Positions 1-13,222 of a stretch of 64,000 nt of DNA are shown here, in pieces. Source of the stretch: Octopus vulgaris (taxonomy: Eukaryota); the NCBI GenBank assembly GCA_951406725.2, contig OX597817.1, positions 30,628,001 to 30,692,000 of the forward strand, given 5' to 3'. The notes beneath the pieces were generated by a model, which saw only the letters and a list, made by a program, of their open reading frames with translations, did no database searches and was not told where the DNA came from. A program made the position numbers and the translations under genes. The stretch's first letter is position 1, and each line of letters opens with the position of its first letter.

Positions 1-35
1 TATGATAAGAATTTAACCCTCATGTTCAGTATTAG

Positions 36-121
36 GGAAATATACAAGAAACATTAAAAAATGAAGAAAAAGAATTTTCTGTTAAGTACTGTAATTGCAC
101 GTGTGATTCATTTATTAAAAG
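36..121 (+). CDS. Candidate internal coding exon (GNIQETLKNEEKEFSVKYCNCTCDSFIK), product unknown
   Basis: Strong donor AAAG|GTAAGT at 121/122; open frame from the TAG| acceptor at 35/36; acceptor weak; no recognisable domain. Confidence 0.3.
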
Positions 122-254
122 GTAAGTATATGATTGATAAGTAAAATGTGTTCCTTGGCTTCAAAACTTGCTAACATTTACTATTTGTGCTTAATTCCTG
201 AGTAAAAAGATTTGCAACCATATGTGCTTTTTTCTATTGTGTAAAATATTTCAG

Positions 255-279
255 ATACACTTCTATGTTGAAAAGGTAA
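255..279 (+). CDS. Candidate short or terminal exon (RYTSMLKR*), or 21-nt micro-exon 255-275
   Basis: TTTCAG| acceptor at 254/255; phase-compatible with the 36-121 exon; in-frame TAA at 277-279 or AAG|GTAAC donor; followed by ~1.3 kb of repeat-free AT-rich sequence with AATAAA at ~535. Confidence 0.25.
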
Positions 280-2020
280 CCAGAAACCCTTTCTTAGTAC
301 TCTTTTCATGATGCCCTGACAGAGTTACAGGAAATTCCTTTAGGAATGGGAGTGGTTAGGATATTTACTGTTGCAATATTATTTCCCAAGATTGTTATTT
401 TATGTCAAATGATAACATCAGCAAATCCAGCTTTTTACAAAACTAACTATACTGAAAGATTTCAAACTATTTCTTTTGCCTCGTTTTGTGAAAACCATGA
501 AATATATTTCCATTATGTGTCTCAGAATGATCTGAATAAAGATTTCTAAGCAGCAGTTACTTGTCAAGCTGTATTTGAATCATTCACAATAGCAATATTT
601 TTGTTTTTTAAATATTCCTGGTGATACGAGGTATTCCGTGGAATTATTTCCTTTTTATTGTTAAATTTCTTGTGTTCTTTAAACCTTGCTTTTGCTTTCA
701 AAGTGAATACATACAGGGGTTTTAACTGCAGTGGGTGAAATAAATATATATTGTGATTGGCTTAAAAGAAAAACTTACTGACTGAAGAGAATTGTTTTAT
801 TGACTGCAGAGAAAATAATGTTGGAAACTTAGAAGGACAGAAATTACATGAATCTTCCACAGGCACATAAGGTCACATAAATTATGATTGATTTGATACT
901 GAACAGAAAGGCAATAATTTGACTGGGCTGCTTTTATATTTTTTTTATCAAATTGTATAATATCTCAGTAGCTAGGTAACGCACTTCCATAGAAAGATAA
1001 GTTTTATGTGGCAACATATTTGGTATACAACAAGGTTGTCATAAAATTATTTCATATATCAGAGTTGATGGTTGGGGAGACTTAGGTTAATGTTTTTCCA
1101 GGTTTCAAATATTTCCAAGTGTTTGTATGTGTTCTTGATATATTAGTCATATTTCTTACACCACAAATATCACAAATAAATAATATAGCATTCCTTTTCC
1201 TACAAGACAACCACTTATTTTCTACGACTTTAGCTCAGCATTAATTTTTTTTATTTTTGGCTATCCTCAAAATCTCAGCATATGGGCTATAAACATATAT
1301 GGTTATATATAGCAGAGTGCAGAGTATTACATATCAATTTACATTTTTTATTTGAATAATTTAAGTAAAATGTTAGATATAGCAGTCCAAGATTAAATGT
1401 CATAAACATGTGATGATTAACATATTTTTCAAGAAGATTTAGTTTTTAAGTTGTAAGTATTAAGATAAGCTAGTGTAGTTAGTTTTATGTTGCTGGGTTT
1501 TTTTTTTTCAGTAGAGAGTAAAAATTAATCCATTTAAACATTCAAATGGCTGATTTGTTTCTTAGTAGCATGAATGGTAGAACATGAAACTAGATCAGTT
1601 TAATTAAACTCAAGGTACAAAAAATTTGGCTTTGGAGTAAAGATTTTTGCCAACATAACATGGCAGTACTGGTTTAGGACGAATGTTACTGTAATTTAGC
1701 CCCAGGAGACATCGTCTCCAGCTGGCTATACAACACGATCTGTGTCCTTATATTTTCGAACAAGGGAATCTGGCACCCCAACTCAGCTGAAAACAATATC
1801 TCTGTATCGCGATTTCCATTCTATACTTGTTCTCAGTAGTTTACTTTTTGTGTTGTTTGTAAATTCAGTTCTACAGACACACAGACACAGATACACACTC
1901 ACACTCAGAGATACACTCACTGTTATCATCATCGTCATCATCATCATCATTATCATAAGCAGCAGCAGCATTATCATCAGTTAATGCCATTTTCCATGTT
2001 GGCATGGGTCGAAATACAGT

Positions 2021-2068
2021 TATATATATATATATATATACACACACATGTATATACTTATATACATA

Positions 2069-2107
<39 letters not shown>

Positions 2108-2179
2108 CATATGAGTGTGTTGTATATATAAATCTATATCTATCTCCTTCTCTCTCTCTCTATATATATATATATACAT

Positions 2180-2212
<33 letters not shown>

Positions 2213-2360
2213 CCATACACATAAAAATAACTACTCTTTTATATATTTATACATATAAGGTAACACAAACACACACATACATACACACATACACACACAC
2301 ACATACACACACATATACATATATGCATGTATGTATATATATATGTATGTAAATCTATGT
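2021..2360. repeat. Compound (TA)n/(CA)n/(CT)n microsatellite
   Basis: Direct observation. Confidence 0.95.
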
Positions 2361-2759
2361 ATATTCACCACAGGAAACAAGTATAATGCAATGAATGTAT
2401 ATAAGTGTTTACATGAATATGTCTAAACCTTGTGCAGGTGTGTGAGTGTGTGTGTGTGATAGGATTAATTTATTAGTAACATGTTAATCAATATATTATA
2501 TATAAAAATATAAGCCAGAATTGGTTAAATGAAATAAATATATTGCTTTTGATTCCCAATATGTCAGTATTTTTTTTTTCTGTTCTGAACTTGTATTTCA
2601 ATAAAATATAATCATAGCAAAAGACTACCTACTTTTACCACTTTGTTTTATTGGTGGCATTCTTTCATTGTTCTGATATTTTAGAAGGAGCAAACAATTA
2701 CAGAAATTGGCTATGGATGATGTGAGTGGAGGGAAGAGTAGACATGGTGTAGGAGGGAG

Positions 2760-3205
2760 GATGACAGTGGTGGTGGTGATGGTCCTGGTGCTGGTGGTGG
2801 CTTTGTTAATGATGAGGTTTGTGGTGGCAGTGATGATGATGTTGATGATGAAGAGAAGGTGAAGAAATAGGAGGATGTTAAGGAGGAAAAGAAGGAAGAA
2901 GATGGCAAGGACAATGATGAGGAGGAGATGGAGAAGGATGAGGTGGTGGTGATGGTGATGGTGGTGGATTCTTTGTTAGTGTTGAGGTTTTTGGTGGCAG
3001 TGATGATGATGATGATGATGATGGTGATGACGATGATGAAGAAAAGGTGGAGAAATAGGAGGATGTTAAGGAGGAGAAGAAGGAAGAAGATGGCAAGAAC
3101 AATGATGATGAGGAGATGGAGAAGGATGAGGGGGTGATGGTGGTGGTGGTGGTGGTGGTGGTTGTTGTGGGGGTGGGGGGTTATAGTGCTGATGATGTTG
3201 ATGAT
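2760..3205. repeat. (GGT)n/(GAT)n low-complexity tract with a ~170-bp tandem duplication
   Basis: The ctttgtta...gagaaggatgagg unit occurs at ~2801 and again at ~2971. Confidence 0.85.
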
Positions 3206-4566
3206 ATGCAAATGGCATCTGCTTCTTCTGATAAGGCTGACAATCGCAAGGTGTCAGTTGATGGCAATTTTATATATGGTGCTATGTAAAATGCTGCATC
3301 CAGTTTCTTTCTTGCCACCTACACTCTCAAATACTTGAGAGGTTTTTTTTTCTTTCTTTCACCTATCGAAAGTGAAAATTTAATGAGAAGCCAAGAAGCC
3401 AACATGTTCCCATTTTACATCAACATTGACATCAACAATTGACAAGTGCATCCAGAAACATTTTGGACATTATTAATAGTGACAACAGCCCTTATTATAA
3501 AGTATGAGGTCATGAGACAAGGAAAATGAAGAGAATCCTGGTGTGGTAGCCCAGATTTTGTTTTCTCTGTCATCACTAGCTATGGTCAGAAGTTTTTCTA
3601 TTGAACCAATAATCAATATACTCGACAGAGATTCTTCAAATTTCTGGAATTCTAATTTATATCTTAGAATTGTCAGTAGAAATAGCTTCTAGAGGTTGTA
3701 TATTTCTTTCAGGTTTGGAAATCATATAGACACCAGAAGCATATGGAATTTTCCATGGTAATATTAAAAAAAAGAAGGTGGCAAATTAGCAGAACAATCA
3801 GAGTGTGAGATAGAGTGTACATAGCTACACTTATTCTGACTCTTTGTGCTCTGAGTTCAAATCCTGACAAGGTTAATGTTGCCATTTATTCTTTGAGGGT
3901 TATTAAAAAGAATTTCTATGTTTAAATATAATATATAGCAGCGGATGGGTGCAGGTATGACTGTGTGATTAGAAAGCTGGTTTGGCAACCATGTGGTTTC
4001 AGGTTCAGTCCCTCTATGTGGCACCCAGGCCAGTGAATGAATTTGGTGGATAGAAATATATATGTTCATATACATGTGTGTGTATGTATATATGTATATA
4101 TTTATATGTGTCTGTCTTGGGTATGACTTTAAACCACATCCTGTAGTGGAACTCTAGTTCAAGAGTTCCAGAGGATGAAGTGATGTGGAACCATGTCTTA
4201 CCTACCATTGTTCTCAGGTCTACTCTGACCCAGAATAGTAGCACCTGTCAGGGTCACAGCTATGGGTTAACTATTATATGTAATGACAATCTAAGAGCAG
4301 TGACACAGAAATACTCTCGGTTAGTGTCAGGGTCTGCAGTAAAACCAGGAGTGAGGGACCCTTAGCTGTTGTCACAGCATCCATCAAAAAGTGGGATGCA
4401 CTGATGTACAACCTGCAGTTTTACAGGGTTACCAACCATCTTGCTTCAACCTGTCACTAGGTACTAATCATGGAGATTCAGAGGATGATACTTGTGTTGC
4501 ACAAGAGTTTATCAATATAATTCAATGACATACAGATGTCTGTTTATGGTGATCTTAATGACCAAA

Positions 4567-4740
4567 GGCATATGGCTCAGTGGTTAGAGCATTGGGCTCA
4601 CAATCATGAGGTAGTGAGTTCAATTCTCAGACTGGGCTGCGTGTTGTGTTCTTGAGCAAGTCACTTTATTTCATGTTGCTCCAGTTCACTCAGCTGTAGA
4701 AATAAGTCGCAAAGTCACTGGTGCCAAGCTGTATCAGCCA
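4567..4740 (+). mobile_element. tRNA-derived SINE head (another SINE inserted downstream)
   Basis: A-box TGGCTCAGTGG and B-box-like GAGTTCAATTC, followed by gtgttcttgagcaagtcactt, a central-domain-like motif. Confidence 0.7.
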
Positions 4741-4751
4741 CTACAGGATGC

Positions 4752-4945
4752 AGAAACGTTAGCATGCCAGGCAAAATACCTAGTGGTATTTCATCTGTCT
4801 TTATGTTTTAAGTTCAAATTTATCATCCTTTCAGGGTTGATAAATTAAGTACCACTTGCATACTGGGCTTGATCTGATCAACTTGGCCATGTTCCCCAAA
4901 AACTTTCGGGCCTTGTGCCTAGAGTAGAAAAGAATATGAAATGAA
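4752..4945 (+). mobile_element. SINE family B copy
   Basis: Matches the gcagaaacgttagc...agttcaaatt...ggccttgtgcctagagtagaaaag consensus repeated across the window. Confidence 0.8.
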
Positions 4946-5137
4946 GTGCCCTCAGATAACATCAGTGGCATGGAAAAGGGGAGGCTGGTATGCATCAGTG
5001 ACTGCTGATCTTCCATAGACAACTTTACCTGGACTTGTGCCTTGGAGGAGAACTTTCTAGGTGTAATCCCATGGTCATTCATGACTGAAGGGGGACTTTA
5101 CTTTTTTTTTTTATGATCATTGAAAGTCTTATATAGT

Positions 5138-5138
<1 letters not shown>

Positions 5139-5173
<35 letters not shown>

Positions 5174-5196
5174 TGGTGGTGGTGGTGGTGGTGGTG

Positions 5197-5250
<54 letters not shown>
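5139..5250. repeat. (GTA)n/(GTG)n microsatellite
   Basis: Direct observation. Confidence 0.95.
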
Positions 5251-5251
<1 letters not shown>

Positions 5252-5522
5252 GAATTGCAATAGTAACAGCATGTCACTGCATCCAGCATTTGTTGATGAT
5301 TCATTGCCACCCCTGGTGTATGATGACTCTGCACCACTCAGGTGACTACCCTCCAGCCTATGAGTCTATTTGGGTAGTCGATGCTAGTGAAGGTTCTATG
5401 AAGCAAGAGTGCAAATCCTACTTCAACCTCTTTTAGTCACCTTTTACAACACACAGAAGAAACAGTGGATGCATTCTTTGACATGTCAATCTCCACAACC
5501 TGAGCAATATAAAATGAAGTGT

Positions 5523-5750
5523 AAGGCGGTGAGCAGGCAGGAAGGTTAGCACGCCAGGTGAAATGCCTAGTGGTATTTTGTCTGTCTTTACGTTGTGAGT
5601 TCAAATTCCACCGAGGTTCGCTTTGCCTTTCATCCTTTCTGGGTCGATAAATTAAGTACCAGTTGCATACTGGGCTCGATCTAATCAACTGGCCCCGTTC
5701 CCAAAACATTTCGGGCCTTGTGCCTAGAGTAGAAAAGAATATGAAATGAA
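5523..5750 (+). mobile_element. SINE family B copy
   Basis: aaggcggtgagc...gagttcaaattcc (B-box-like)...; near-identical to other copies. Confidence 0.85.
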
Positions 5751-7633
5751 GTGTTTTGCTCCAGAACACATCATGCCACCTGGTCCAGGAATTGAACATA
5801 CAATCTGATGATCATGAGCGCAATATCCTAACCTCTAGGATGGTCATCTTTTTACAAAGTCCTATGGCAATGGAAAAGTGGTGACATGTGCAGACCCAAC
5901 CAGTTAGAAGCACACAGTATGTTATAATTTTCATCTGTCACCTATGCTCCAGACCATGCAGATCTGTAACACGACTGTGTAGTCATCTGAGAGGTCATGG
6001 ATGGAAAGTTAGGAATGCTGCTGGCCAATAGGAAAATGTAAGGAAACAGTAATTATCTGTGAAGATGGAGCAGTTACCATACAATGTGTGTGTCTGTGCA
6101 TGTGTGTAGTGTGTATGTGTGCAGGTGTGTGTGTGTTGTTTGTACTTGTGTTTGTCCCCTATCACTGTTTGACAACTGATATTGGTTTGTTTATGGCCCA
6201 TAACTTAGTGCTTCAGCAAAAGAGACCAATAGAATAATAACCAAGCTTCAAAAATTTGTACTGGATTGGGTTGATTTATTCAACTAAACCGTTCAAGGTG
6301 ATGCCCCAGCATGGCCATGGTTCAGCTAAAAGATAATAATAATATGATCATAATTGGAATTCTTTTTGTCAAAAATTTTTTCAAACAACACCGACCTAGG
6401 TGTTGTTTAAACAACAAAATGGCGGCAATGTTCTTCAACTATATATTTTTAAGTATCATATACTATGAAAATATGGTTTAAATCTTCAAGCTAACAATTA
6501 CTCGTTTTCTAATTTATTTCAAGAATATATGTAAAGTGTTAAAAAGTATATTATAACAATTCACATACAAAATACACTGGTTAACCCTGAACACATAGTG
6601 AGATAGATGCATGATATTAATTAATCACTATGTTAACAGGCTCTATACAGAATGATGATGATGGTGATGGTGACAACACCAGTGATGACAATGGTAATGA
6701 AGGCGATGGCGACGGTGTGTTTTTTTTTTTTACACCTATGTCTTTTGTATGTTGTATTATGGAAATGTGGTGTAAACTTTCTAACCAACAACTGCCATTT
6801 TTTTAAAATGTTATTTTTCAAAAAGTCTCCAAAGTGTAAGGAAACTATATTTATTATTATTAAAAAAAAAAAGACAGAAATTATTTGCACTCAAAATATT
6901 GAACACATTTCATTCAATAGGATGGGTTAATTTTATAGAAAGTTAAAGCTCACAGTGAGAAGATACAGGATATGAATTAATAATTATGTTAACATGCACC
7001 ACATAGATAGCTGCAGCTGATGATAATGATGATGATGATGATGATGATGATAGAGGTAGAGGTGAGGTGGTAGTGGTGAATGGTTGCAGGTGATAATGGT
7101 TTGATAGAAGGCAGCCAGTAGTGTTTAAGGTTAACCATCTTTATTAGGCTAGCAGAAAGAACTGGCTGCTGTATTCAGGTGGGCTTTTTTTTTCTAATTT
7201 TTTTTTATTGGATGTTATTTTCAAAGAACTCAAATGAAAAAAAAAAAACATATTTTCCATCTAGATGTAGGCTGAAAACAATTTTGTTTTGTCTTAAAAC
7301 AAGGAAACAGAAAAAAAAAGAAAGAAAAAAAGAAAGCATGAAAGAGAGAAAGAAAAGAAGGAAGGACGAAAGAAGGAAAGCATTAAATCTCATTCAAGAA
7401 TCAGATAGTGTTGCCCAGGTTGTTTCACAGACAATTCTAATTAAAGCGTTAACAATGAAAGACAACAGCAATGAAGAAGGCTTATGCTTATGGAAAATTG
7501 ACATTATCTCTGAGTTCCGGTGACCCTTCAATAAGTTCATTCATTCTTTTATATTCATTGGTCATAATGGAATGGGTGTGAGAATAAGTTACAAACAAAG
7601 ACCATGTTAGCAAGTTATAGATAATAAAATCAT

Positions 7634-7840
7634 AAGGCGGTGAGCTGGCAGAAACATTAGCATGCCAGGTGAAACATTTACCTGTTTCTCATCTGCTATT
7701 ATGTTGTGAGTTCAAATTCTGACGAGGTCGACTTTACCTTTCATCCTTTCGGAGTCGATTAAATAAGTACCACTTACACATTGGGGTTGATGTAATCGAC
7801 TTAATCCCTTGTTTAGCCCCTTGTGGGCAATAAAGAAATG
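7634..7840 (+). mobile_element. SINE family B copy
   Basis: aaggcggtgagctggcagaa...ccccttgtgggcaataaagaaat. Confidence 0.85.
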
Positions 7841-8040
7841 TATACATCATAAAGTCATACTGGTGATATGCTGTGTTATATGACCTCCTGACAAGCATTT
7901 TGTCTGAGTTGAAACTGTAAATAGATCAAAAACCAATGTAAGTAACAAAAATGAAGAAAACTCTGAAGTAAAAAAATCATTCAATCCATGCCATCCATCA
8001 GAGCTACAGCATAACAATCAGAACACTGATAATCTTATTT

Positions 8041-8124
<84 letters not shown>

Positions 8125-8125
8125 G

Positions 8126-8338
8126 AAGGCAGTGAGCTGGAAGAATTGTTAGCATGCAGGGTGAAATACTTAGCAGAATGTTGTCTGCCACTACGTTCTG
8201 AGTTCAAATTCCACCTAGGTCAACTTTGCCTTTCATCCTTTCGAGTTCGATAAATTAAGTACCAGTAGAGTACTGGGGTCAATGTAATCGACTATCCCCC
8301 TCCCCCAAATTTCAGCTCTTGTGCCTATGATAGAAAGG

Positions 8339-8340
<2 letters not shown>
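8126..8340 (+). mobile_element. SINE family B copy embedded in (ATT)n
   Basis: Consensus match; (ATT)n on both sides. Confidence 0.85.
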
Positions 8341-8390
<50 letters not shown>

Positions 8391-8815
8391 GTGGCTGTGT
8401 GGTAAGTAGCTTGCTTACCAACCATATGGTTCTGGGTTCAGTCCCACTGTGTGGCACATTGGACAAGTGCCTTCTACTATAGCCTTGGGCCGACCAAAGA
8501 CTTGTGAGTGGATTTGGTAGACAGAAACTGAAAGAAGCCCATCGTATATATATATATTTATATATATATATTTATGTATGTATATGTGTGTGTGTGTGTT
8601 TGTGTCTCTGTGTTTGTCCCCCCAACATCGCTTGACAACCAATGCTAGTATGTTTACATCCTCATAACTTAGTGGTTCGGCAAAGAGGCCGATAGAATAA
8701 GAACTAGGTTTACAAAGAATAAGTCCTGGGGGCGATTTGTTCGACTAAAGGTGGTGCTCTAGCATTGCCGCAGTCAACTAACTAAAACAAATAAAATAAT
8801 AAGAGAATAAAAGAA
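8391..8815 (+). mobile_element. SINE family A copy (~420 bp, internal TA/TG microsatellite, AAAAGAGT-type tail)
   Basis: tRNA-like head gtggctgtgtggtaag...gggttcagtccc; more than 10 copies in the window. Confidence 0.9.
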
Positions 8816-8865
8816 TTGTTATTATTATTATTATTATCATAATTATTATTATTATTATAATTATT

Positions 8866-8912
<47 letters not shown>

Positions 8913-8917
8913 TATCA

Positions 8918-8960
<43 letters not shown>

Positions 8961-9350
8961 AAAGGCGGTGAGTTGGCAAAACTATTAGCATGCAGGGCAA
9001 AATGCTTACCTGCATTTTCATCTGTTTTTATATTCTGAGTTCAAATTCTGTCGAGGTTGACTTTGCCTTTCATCCTTTCAAGGTTGATAAATCAAGTACC
9101 GGTGAATTGAGTAGTCCCCTCCCTAAAATTTCAGGCCTTGTGCCTTCAGGATTATTAGCATCATCATCATTATCATTCAGGTGGTAGGCTGGCAAGATCG
9201 TTAACTCACTGGGCAGAATGCTTAGCAGCATTTCATCCCCTTTTACTTTCTGAGTTCAAAATTCTGTCATAGCCAGAGTCAATAAAATAAGTACTGCTTA
9301 AACACTGGCGTTGATGTGATCAACTTACCCACTTACCCAGAACTTGTGGC
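8961..9350 (+). mobile_element. Two tandem SINE family B copies
   Basis: Consensus matches at ~8961 and ~9178. Confidence 0.75.
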
Positions 9351-9424
9351 CTACTATGAGGAATGAAGTGTACAACAGCCTTTCAAGTCATCATTTTCAA
9401 GGCCTTGCTTTTCTATTTCCACAG

Positions 9425-9737
9425 CTTTGCCTTTTCTTTTGTTCCTTCTCGAGCCATGACTGGCTCATAAGGGCTGGTTTCCCAGTTTCCTTGGTGTACA
9501 GGTTCCCCACCTGGACAGGACACCGGTCCATCACAGGTGAGCTGCAAGATGCAGCAGGAAAGAGTGAGAGAAGGTTGTGGCGAAAGAGTCGGCAGAAGTT
9601 CGCCATTACCTTCTGCCGGAGCCGCATGGAGCATATATGTTTCACTCATAAATGCACACATCGACCAGTCTGAGATTCGAACCCGTGATCCCTCGACCGT
9701 GAGTTCGCTGCTCTAACCACAAGGCCATGTGCCCCAC
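9425..9737 (-). mobile_element. tRNA-derived SINE (family C-related)
   Basis: Minus strand tggccttgtggttagagcagcgaactcacggtcgagggatcacgggttcgaatc forms a tRNA-like head with A/B boxes; body similar to the 18187 and 58724 copies. Confidence 0.8.
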
Positions 9738-9744
9738 AGCTTTT

Positions 9745-10400
9745 CTTTCTGCACCTACAAGGCCAAATTTCTTACAAAAATTCCAGTGAATTATTACAAG
9801 AACCTTATCATGCCTGCATTCTTTGTATTCATTCAGAGGTCATTCTTATATGAAATGATAAATATGGGCTTAGCTACCTCATTGCACATCAACATTTGTG
9901 TATGCGGCCCTGCTGATCTATTATCCCCTTGATCCAGTTCACCAATAATATCTGTGTCTGTGCTGCTAAGATCATTTCCTCACTCTCCTTATTCAATACT
10001 CCTTTCTTTAGCCATAACCAGTTCTCTTTATCATCTCTTCTTTCTTTTGTATTATTGTAAAGCACTGAGTGAAGTTTCTTTCCTTCAAAGTTCAATTTCC
10101 TCTCTTTCATATTTTCCTGCTTTCCTCTTTAAGGTTCAGCACAGATTTTGTGGTTATATTTTTTAATCAGACTCATTATGTTTATTTTGGCAGTTTCTGA
10201 TTGGGAAACTTTACCTTAAGCAAAAAAAAATAAAATAATAAACTGGGGGGAAACCAACCATTCAGCCTTCGTGATTCTCAGACAGAACAGTTTTTGTTTT
10301 GCTCAATTGTATCAGACTCAGTATGCTTAGGAGCTTTTGTTGCTATAATCTTAGTGTTAATCTTAAATCTTTCTCCTATTAATTTCCATTCATATTTTAG
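9745..10400 (-). mobile_element. Decayed R4/Dong-clade (RLE) non-LTR retrotransposon, C-terminal region
   Basis: ORF 9889-10110 WLWLKKGVLNKESEEMILAAQTQILLVNWIKGIID matches the R4-type W-L-x2-G-L-x2-E-T-E-x2-I-x-AAQDQ motif preceding the zinc knuckle; frameshifted. Confidence 0.75.
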
Positions 10401-10421
10401 TAGTAACAGCAACAGTAACAA

Positions 10422-10460
<39 letters not shown>

Positions 10461-10634
10461 CAGTAGCAGCAGAAGTAGTAATAATAGTAGTAGTGATAAT
10501 AATAGTAATAATGATAATAACAAAAACAGCAATAATAAAGCACTTATGTGACACAAAACAATACAAAATTTTTTATGACTGCATTGTCCATTCACAATCA
10601 TTCACACGCACACACACGTGTGAGTATATACATA

Positions 10635-10725
<91 letters not shown>

Positions 10726-10984
10726 GCATACACACATACATACATACATACATACACATACATACATATAGATAGATAGATAGATACATACATACATACA
10801 TACATACAAACATACATACATACAAACATACATACATACATACATGCATGCATACATACATACATACATGCATGCATGCATACATACATACATACATACA
10901 TGCATGCATACATACATACATACATGCATACATATATACATACATGCATACACACATGCATGCATATATACATACATACATACA

Positions 10985-11018
<34 letters not shown>

Positions 11019-11030
11019 CATACATACATA
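10400..11030. repeat. Compound microsatellites (CAG/TAG/AAT; TA, GATA, CATA)
   Basis: Direct observation; source of the long YVCM-type ORFs. Confidence 0.95.
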
Positions 11031-11091
11031 GATCATTCTTAAACAAGAATGTTGTTGACAGTGACATTGAAGTTTTGACAAGCTAAGCCAT

Positions 11092-11148
11092 CATTGATGG
11101 AAAAAAGCAGTTCACTGATGGAAAAAAGCAGTTCACTGATGGAAAAAA
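11092..11148. repeat. 21-bp minisatellite, about 2.7 copies
   Basis: cactgatggaaaaaagcagtt repeated. Confidence 0.85.
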
Positions 11149-11266
11149 TAGGCCTTCAGATTTCATCCAAAGTCCTTCACATCTGGTGCAGTTGTATGAC
11201 AAACAAACAGTGGAAGCTCATTGAAAACAGCTTTAAGTGACTAATAGAAAATATAATTGCTACATA

Positions 11267-11492
11267 AAGGCGAAACGTTAGCACGCCGTCCGAAATGCTT
11301 AGCAGTATTTCGTCTGCCGCAATGTTCTGAGTCCAAATTCTGCCGAGGTTGACTTTGCCTTTCGTCCTTTCGGGGTTGAATAAATAAGTACCAGTTATGC
11401 ACTGGGGTCGATATAATCAACTTAAAACTGTTTGTCTGTCCTTGTTCGTCCCCTCTGTGAGTAGCCCCTTGTGGGCAATAAAGAAATAAGAA
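11267..11492 (+). mobile_element. SINE family B copy
   Basis: Consensus match ending ccccttgtgggcaataaagaaataag. Confidence 0.85.
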
Positions 11493-11639
11493 AGCATAAT
11501 CGCTGCAGCTCTTCATTTTAACGTCAGAACCTATGAGGAGTTCATTTCTGCTCAATCACACACATAATTGACTTTCTCTTATGAAGTAGTTTATTAACAA
11601 TATACTGTGAAGGAAGCACATGTACAGTTTTGAATGTCA

Positions 11640-11900
11640 GCAATAGGATCTTAAATATTTTTTAGGCCTTTACAAGGAAACAGTGTAGAGCCTTTATATT
11701 TTTATTTGTTTAGTCCTTAATTAGCTTTTGTGAGTGAGTGTTCTCTAGATATGCATGTTTAGTTTTATTGCTGTGTTTGTTCGTATAGGTGGAAAATGCT
11801 TATGATTTTAATGTTCTTTTATTCTTGTCGTAGTTTGCTTGCAATGTTTTGTTTGCCACTTATATTATTGTTAAGTGTTCTTCATTATAAGTTTTTCATT
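11640..11900 (-). mobile_element. Possible decayed Penelope-like GIY-YIG fragment
   Basis: Minus-strand translation YKWQTKHCKQTTTRIKEH resembles YIGQT...RIKEH. Confidence 0.35.
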
Positions 11901-11979
11901 CTATATTTCGTACTTTTTTAATGCTGAGAGATTATTATTTAAGGTGGTAGGTCCTGAAGGTAATACGAGTAACTCACTC

Positions 11980-12300
11980 GCAGATCTTCATCATCAGATA
12001 ATCAATGACACAGATGAATAGGTTGGGAGCAGCCACACAACCTTGTCTGACCTGTTGTTGATGTGAAACAAGTTGGTGTGTCTCCTATTCACCCACATGC
12101 AGCCCTTAGCACTGCTATACAGCCACTGAAACAGACAGTGATCTTAGAGGGTGTTCCAATGAACTTGAGAATTTTCCAGATGGATGCATGATCAACAGTG
12201 TTGAATGTGACCTTGAGGTCAATGAAGGTGATATAGAGGCAGCAATCTTTACAGGACTCCTGAGATCTTTCAATAATGAGATGAAGGGCAAAACTATGGC
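11980..12300 (-). mobile_element. Decayed RTE-clade LINE reverse transcriptase fragment
   Basis: HSFALHLIIERSQE...LYITFIDLKVTFNTVDHASIWKILKFIGTPSK, then VRQGCVAAPNLF after a frameshift. Confidence 0.8.
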
Positions 12301-12479
12301 AGCTAGTCTATCGAATTAAAAAGGGGATTTATTTCCAAATATTATAGTTGTATGTAAAATAGGTCTCATTTAGGGTTAGTGTGTACCATGTAGCTGTAGA
12401 ATATGATAAAAGTCCTCTGCTACCTCTAATTGTAGTTATTTTTGCTTATGTGGGTTCGTTTCCCGGCCGATGCACCAGT

Positions 12480-12898
12480 AGGCACAGGAGTGGCTGTGTG
12501 GTAAGTATCATGCTTACCAACCACATGGGTTCCAGGTTCAGTTCCACTGTGTGGCACCTTGGGTAAGTGTCTTCAATTATAGCCTCAGGCTGGCCAAAAC
12601 CTTGTGAGTGGATTTGGTAGACGGAAACTGAAAAGAAGCCCGTCGTATGTATGTATATATATATGTGTGTGTGTATGTGTGTGTTTGTGTGTCTGTGTTT
12701 GTCCCACTAGCATTGCTTGACAACCGATGCTGGTTTGTTTATATCCCCGTAGCTTAGTGGTTCAGCAAAAGAGATCGATACAATAAGTACTGGGCTTACA
12801 AAGAATAAGTCCCGGGGTCAATTTGCTCAACTAAAGGCGGTACTCCATCATGGCCACAGTCAAATGACTGAAACAAATAAAAAAACAAAAGAAAGAAT
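12480..12898 (+). mobile_element. SINE family A, full length
   Basis: Consensus match. Confidence 0.9.
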
Positions 12899-12948
12899 AC
12901 CTCAGTTAGTCTTAGCTTTAGGTTGTCTGTTCTCTTAGTTTCCACATA

Positions 12949-12985
12949 GTAGGCAGAAACTGAAAGAAGCCTGTCTTATATATGC

Positions 12986-13019
<34 letters not shown>

Positions 13020-13222
13020 GTATATGTTTGTGTGTCTTTGTTTCTCCCCACAACATTGCTTGACAACCGATGCTAGTGTTTTTATGTCCCCCCGTAACTT
13101 AGCGGTTCGGCAAAAGAGACCAATAGAATAAACTGTGGGCTTACAAAGAATAAGTCCCGGGGTCGATTTGCATGGCCGCAGTCAAATGACTGACACAAGT
13201 AAAAGAGTAAAGAGTAAAAGAG
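12949..13222 (+). mobile_element. SINE family A, 5'-truncated
   Basis: Consensus match to the 3' two-thirds. Confidence 0.85.

Noticed and set aside
2711-3211. His/Ile/Ser-rich 166-aa ORF
   Set aside because: Low-complexity trinucleotide repeat with no splice or domain support
7380-7523. Protein-like frame ALNLIQESDSVAQVV...
   Set aside because: No convincing splice signals or homology; the upstream part is purine-rich low complexity
9670-9737. tRNA-like sequence (also at 4570, 18190, 58725)
   Set aside because: SINE heads continuing into SINE bodies; no complete acceptor stem
10573-11086. Long ORFs of 140-165 aa (YVCM repeats)
   Set aside because: Translations of CATA/GATA/TA microsatellites; the same applies to the ORFs at 38.5-39.1 kb and 57.4-57.9 kb
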